Of a stretch of 64,000 nt of DNA, positions 59,802-64,000 are shown in pieces. The notes beneath the pieces were generated by a model that saw nothing but the letters and a program-made list of their open reading frames with translations, made no database searches and was not told the DNA's origin. The stretch lies in the NCBI GenBank assembly GCA_965223865.1, contig OZ245020.1, positions 1,888,001 to 1,952,000 on the forward strand. The letters run 5' to 3'. This DNA is from Nitrosarchaeum sp. (GTDB lineage Archaea; Thermoproteota; Nitrososphaeria; Nitrososphaerales; Nitrosopumilaceae). The position numbers and the translations under genes were made by a program. How positions within the stretch are numbered: the stretch's first letter is position 1; every line of letters starts with the position of its first letter.

Positions 59802-61850
59802 ATGAAACGCCTTTTAGTTTTTTCTTCGATTTTGACAGTTTTTGTAGTTTTATTTTTTTCAGACTTTTTGCAACCGGATGATCTTTTATTGTATCTAGAT
59901 CAAAGTGGTCCTTTTGTTGGAACGGATACCTTAAGAGACCAAGGAATCTATGGAGAAGGAGTTAAAATTGCAGTAATTGATACAGGCGTAGATTTTAACC
60001 ATCCAGATCTTCTCGGATGGGGGCCTGATGGCAAGGTAGTTGGAGGATACAACTTTATCAACGAAGACGAATTGCCCCTTGACACAAATGGACATGGAAC
60101 ACAGGTTGCCGGAGTAATTGCAGCAGATGGAGAAATTAAGGGAATTGCACCAAAGGCAAAGATTCTAGCATACAAGGTTTCTGAAGAAGGAGAAGGAGTA
60201 TCATCAAATCTTATCATAAAGGCAATTGACAAAGCAATAGCAGACGGGGCTGATGTAATTAACATTAGTTTGGGAGTAAACAAGACCAATGAAAAAATAG
60301 ACAGTGCTGTAACTCGAGCCCTTGAAAGAGAGATCTTTGTAGTTACTGCTGCAGGAAATGATGGTCCTGACTTTGGTACAATAGGAAGTCCAGGGGGAAA
60401 TCATGGTTCTGTTACAGTCGGAGCTACTTACAATAATTTAACATCTAGTCTTGTTGCAACACTGGAAGTTGACGATAAACCATATACGGTAATTCCGATG
60501 CTAGGTTCCTCAAAACTAGAAGAACCCATACAAGGAGAAATAATTTTTGGAGGTTATGGAAAAAAAGATGAACTAAAAGACATTGAGGTCGAAAATTCGA
60601 TTCTTTTAGTTGAGAGAGGAAGTGATGTGGAAGGAGAGCTGCTTTACTTTTCTATCAAAGAAGAAAATGCCGCTGATGCAGGAGCAAATGCTTTGATCGT
60701 ATACAATAATGAACCTGGAATTTTTCTAGGGGAATTGACTCATGAATTTGTCAAACCAGACTATAAACCTCAGATTCCAGTAGTATCAATTGACAGAAAA
60801 GAAGGACTTGAAATTAAAGAAGGATCTGAGAAAAGTGCACTTTTACATCTGTTTTACAATCCTGATTATGTAGCTCACTTTAGTTCCAGAGGTCCAGTCT
60901 CGTCATTTTTCATAAAACCTGACATTTTAGCACCTGGGGCATACATCAATACTACTCAAAACAATGCAGGATACAACTTTACTAGCGGTACAAGCTATGC
61001 TGCACCTCATGTTAGCGGAGCTGCTGCCCTATTACTAGAAAAGAATCCAGATATTCATCATCATGAGATAAAATCTCTACTACTAACGACTTCTGAGCCT
61101 GTTTCTAATGCATATGGCCAGGAATTCACTCTAAAAGATACGGGTTCTGGAAGACTAAACATTGCAAAGGCCTTTCAGGCAAACCTAGTCATACTTCCTC
61201 CACACTTTGTAGATAGTGTTTCAGCAGACAATCCAACTATGCTAAAACAATTTGAATTGAAATTACTTGGAGGTTCTCTGGATGACATCGAGGTTTCATT
61301 TGAGGGACCAGAGTTTATTCAATTTGCACATATTTTAGAGGATAACAATTTACAGATTAAATTAAATGTCATTGGCCAAGAATATGGCGATCATGAAGGA
61401 AAGATAATGATAAATCATGAAGACGTTAGTTATGTTGTTCCATTTTTGTTGCATTATACTCAAGGTTCAATATCAGTGAATCAAGACGACGGAAAGATGA
61501 ATTTTGAAATATTTCATCCAAAAGAATGGAGCTTTGCAAAAATTTCCGTTACAAATAGCAGAGATGGAAAAGTAGATGTCATAACAGCTACACCAAACAG
61601 GAATGCATCCATTCAAGTTTATGAAAATACAGAATACTGGATAGAGACAAAGATTAGAGTGAATGGGGAATCATATGATGCATTTAATGTAATTCAAGTA
61701 GATTCAGTTTCAAATCAGATAAAACCTTCTGATTTGAATATTCCTCAAAAGCAGATTGGAATAATTGCTGCAATTGTAATTGTTGTAGGCCTTGTTGGAC
61801 TAGGAATCAGAAGAAGAACAATCACTCGGGAAGTTTTGGACCAGCATTGA
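59802..61850 (+). CDS. Membrane-anchored subtilisin-like S8 peptidase with PA domain
   Basis: IDTG, HGTQVAG, AAGN, SGTSYAAPHV; signal peptide and C-terminal TM. Confidence 0.92.
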   Translation: MKRLLVFSSILTVFVVLFFSDFLQPDDLLLYLDQSGPFVGTDTLRDQGIYGEGVKIAVIDTGVDFNHPDLLGWGPDGKVVGGYNFINEDELPLDTNGHGTQVAGVIAADGEIKGIAPKAKILAYKVSEEGEGVSSNLIIKAIDKAIADGADVINISLGVNKTNEKIDSAVTRALEREIFVVTAAGNDGPDFGTIGSPGGNHGSVTVGATYNNLTSSLVATLEVDDKPYTVIPMLGSSKLEEPIQGEIIFGGYGKKDELKDIEVENSILLVERGSDVEGELLYFSIKEENAADAGANALIVYNNEPGIFLGELTHEFVKPDYKPQIPVVSIDRKEGLEIKEGSEKSALLHLFYNPDYVAHFSSRGPVSSFFIKPDILAPGAYINTTQNNAGYNFTSGTSYAAPHVSGAAALLLEKNPDIHHHEIKSLLLTTSEPVSNAYGQEFTLKDTGSGRLNIAKAFQANLVILPPHFVDSVSADNPTMLKQFELKLLGGSLDDIEVSFEGPEFIQFAHILEDNNLQIKLNVIGQEYGDHEGKIMINHEDVSYVVPFLLHYTQGSISVNQDDGKMNFEIFHPKEWSFAKISVTNSRDGKVDVITATPNRNASIQVYENTEYWIETKIRVNGESYDAFNVIQVDSVSNQIKPSDLNIPQKQIGIIAAIVIVVGLVGLGIRRRTITREVLDQH

Positions 61851-63432
61851 CAATTTCAGGTGAGACATTCTCAAATTTCTTAAAGTTCTCAATGAACATC
61901 TGAGCTAGCTTTCTTGCAGAAAGATCATACGAGTCCTTGTCAGTCCATGTGTTTCTTGGGTCTAGAATTTCAGAGGGAACATCAGGAACTTCAGTTGGAA
62001 TATCTACATTGAATAGATCATCATGTCTATACTTTACAATATCTAGTGCTCCAGTAAGTGCTGCAGTTACCATTGCTCTGCTATACTTTATCTTGACTCG
62101 CTTGCCAACACCGTATGGGCCGCCAGACCATCCTGTATTAATCAGGTATACTACGGTATTGTGTTGGTTTATCTTCTCACCTAAGAGTTTGGCATAAACT
62201 GAGGCTGGCCTTGGCATAAATGGTGCGCCAAAGCATTCAGAGAATACTGACTTTGGCTCTTTTATTCCACGTTCGGTTCCAGCTAGTTTGCTCGTATAAC
62301 CTGACATAAAGTGAAACATTGCACCTTCTTTGGTTAATCTAGATACTGGTGGCAAGACACCTAGTGCGTCTGCAGTTAGAAATACGATAACTTTGGGATT
62401 TCCACCAACTGATGGAATCACAGCTCCTGGAATGTAATCAAGTGGATATGCAACACGGGTATTTTCAGTTAGAGTGTTATCATCATAGTCTGGAGTATTA
62501 CCATTTAGTACAACATTTTCTAAAACTGCACCAGGCTTTATTGCATTCCAGATTTCAGGTTCTGCCTCTTGGCTTAGGTTGATGCATTTTGCATAACATC
62601 CTCCTTCAAAGTTAAAGGTTCCATTATCAGACCATCCGTGTTCGTCATCACCAATCAGATTTCTGTTTGGATCAGCTGAGAGTGTAGTTTTACCAGTCCC
62701 TGATAGTCCAAAGAACAGTGCAGTATCACCATCTTTGCCAATGTTAGCTGAGCAATGCATTGGAAATACTCCCTTGTCTGGAAGTAGAAAGTTCATTACA
62801 CCAAACATTGACTTTTTCATCTCACCGGCATATTGTGTTCCTCCAATGAGTACGAGTTTTCTTGTCAAATCAATTAAGATAAAGATATCAGTTCCAGTAC
62901 CATCCTCTTCTGGAATTGCCTTAAAGTCATTGATACACATTACAGTAAACTCTGGTTCGTGATTTTCTAGCTCTTCATCAGTTGGTCGAATAAACAAATT
63001 TCTTGCAAAGAGATTCTGCCATACATGATCATTTATCACTCTAATGGGTAGGCGATTGTCTTTGTCAGCTCCGACAAATCCATCAAAGACAAATAATTCC
63101 TTGTTGTTTACAAAGTCTTTCATCTTTTCAAATATTTTCTCAAACTTTCCTGTTGGGAACTGGTGGTTTACCTTACCCCAGTCTATGGTGTCATGTGTTA
63201 CATCATCATATACGATAAATCTGTCATCAGGTGAGCGGCCAGTGTATTTTCCAGTGTTTACAGAAAGGGATCCTGTAGAGTTTACCACACCTTCGTTTCT
63301 ATCAACAGCTAAGGATACCATCTCATCTACGCTCAAGTTTCTGTGAACTTTAGATGGGTTGATTCCAAAGTCAGCTAGTTGGGCAACAAACTTTTCAGTT
63401 GGAGAGGAGCCTACAATTTCAGTCATTGTCAT
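61822..63432 (-). CDS. pckA: Phosphoenolpyruvate carboxykinase (ATP)
   Basis: TGRSP, YAGEMKK, GLSGTGKTTLS, LIGDDEHGW, NFEGGCYAK. Confidence 0.96.
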   Translation of the reverse strand: MTMTEIVGSSPTEKFVAQLADFGINPSKVHRNLSVDEMVSLAVDRNEGVVNSTGSLSVNTGKYTGRSPDDRFIVYDDVTHDTIDWGKVNHQFPTGKFEKIFEKMKDFVNNKELFVFDGFVGADKDNRLPIRVINDHVWQNLFARNLFIRPTDEELENHEPEFTVMCINDFKAIPEEDGTGTDIFILIDLTRKLVLIGGTQYAGEMKKSMFGVMNFLLPDKGVFPMHCSANIGKDGDTALFFGLSGTGKTTLSADPNRNLIGDDEHGWSDNGTFNFEGGCYAKCINLSQEAEPEIWNAIKPGAVLENVVLNGNTPDYDDNTLTENTRVAYPLDYIPGAVIPSVGGNPKVIVFLTADALGVLPPVSRLTKEGAMFHFMSGYTSKLAGTERGIKEPKSVFSECFGAPFMPRPASVYAKLLGEKINQHNTVVYLINTGWSGGPYGVGKRVKIKYSRAMVTAALTGALDIVKYRHDDLFNVDIPTEVPDVPSEILDPRNTWTDKDSYDLSARKLAQMFIENFKKFENVSPEIVNAGPKLPE

Positions 63433-63561
63433 CTCCAGGTATGAATTCAGGAATAGTCATAATATTTCGATCCGATTTGAATTTCCTTATTATTCATTCG
63501 GTACAATCAACGAATTTTTTGTCTAGGAACGTATTTATTTCAAATTTCAAGAGTGATTCTA

Positions 63562-63966
63562 ATGCCGATCAATAAGGACAAGCTAGCTAAAAGAAAAGAG
63601 ATTAAAGAACACAATCCTGATTTTATCAGACCAGAAAGCTGGCGTTATGTTAGACTTCAAACAACTTGGAGAAAACCAAAAGGTATTGATCATCATCAGA
63701 GAAAACAAAAGAGTAGAGGTCGTCCAGGACTTGTCAAAGTTGGATATGGAGGACCAAAAGAAGCAAGAGGATTACATCCTTCAGGATTTACAGATAATCT
63801 AGTTCATACAATTAGCGATTTAGAAAAATTAGATCCAAAGACAGATGGGATAAGATTTGGACATAGCGTTGGCACTAAGAAAAGAAAAGCGATAGTTGCC
63901 AAAGCAATAGAGGGTAAATTCAAAATTTTTAATGCGAGAGTGAGTGCAAGTGGTAGTAAATCTTAA
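63562..63966 (+). CDS. rpl32e: 50S ribosomal protein L32e
   Basis: F.RPESWRY, WRKPKGID, VGYG. Confidence 0.94.
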   Translation: MPINKDKLAKRKEIKEHNPDFIRPESWRYVRLQTTWRKPKGIDHHQRKQKSRGRPGLVKVGYGGPKEARGLHPSGFTDNLVHTISDLEKLDPKTDGIRFGHSVGTKKRKAIVAKAIEGKFKIFNARVSASGSKS

Positions 63967-64000
63967 AGCTAAAAAAAGACTGGTATCTCGAGTTACCGGT
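63950..64000 (+). CDS. rpl19e: 50S ribosomal protein L19e (5' partial)
   Basis: GTG start, MVVNLKAKKRLVSRVTG; follows rpl32e. Confidence 0.8.
   Translation, partial: MVVNLKAKKRLVSRVTG

Overview
AT-rich genome of an ammonia-oxidising archaeon (Nitrosopumilus-like, Nitrososphaeria), judged from archaeal ribosomal, exosome and RNA polymerase genes, cofE, and thaumarchaeal S-layer-type repeats. Bases 1 to ~15350 look like the right-hand part of an integrated, mosaic mobile region. It holds a conjugation-like module (PrgI-like membrane protein, a pilin-like two-helix protein, a VirB4-like ATPase), a candidate iteron replication origin (2314-2416), a DpsL/Rieske/glutaredoxin-like oxidative-stress cassette preceded by a formate/nitrite-transporter remnant, an AbrB-like regulator with twin palindromic operators, and cargo (choice-of-anchor I protein, USP, two S-layer-like proteins). 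Three co-oriented tRNA 3'-end-like fragments of apparently different identity (8396-8416, 14546-14566 Ser-like, 15331-15350 Glu-like) punctuate this region and look like stacked attachment-site scars. No integrase, relaxase or VirD4 is visible in the window. From 15375 onward the window is core genome: endA, rpl10e, tRNA-Gly, the exosome operon, rpoD-rpl18e-rpl13-rps9, two isopropylmalate-isomerase-family pairs, a 2-oxoacid:ferredoxin oxidoreductase, intron-containing tRNA-Ser, the cbf5 to secY to rpl18 cluster, argF, ftsY, sod, pckA and rpl32e/rpl19e. It also contains a probable C/D-box sRNA and several microproteins missed by the ORF track. All calls come from motif recognition by eye; no database search was run.
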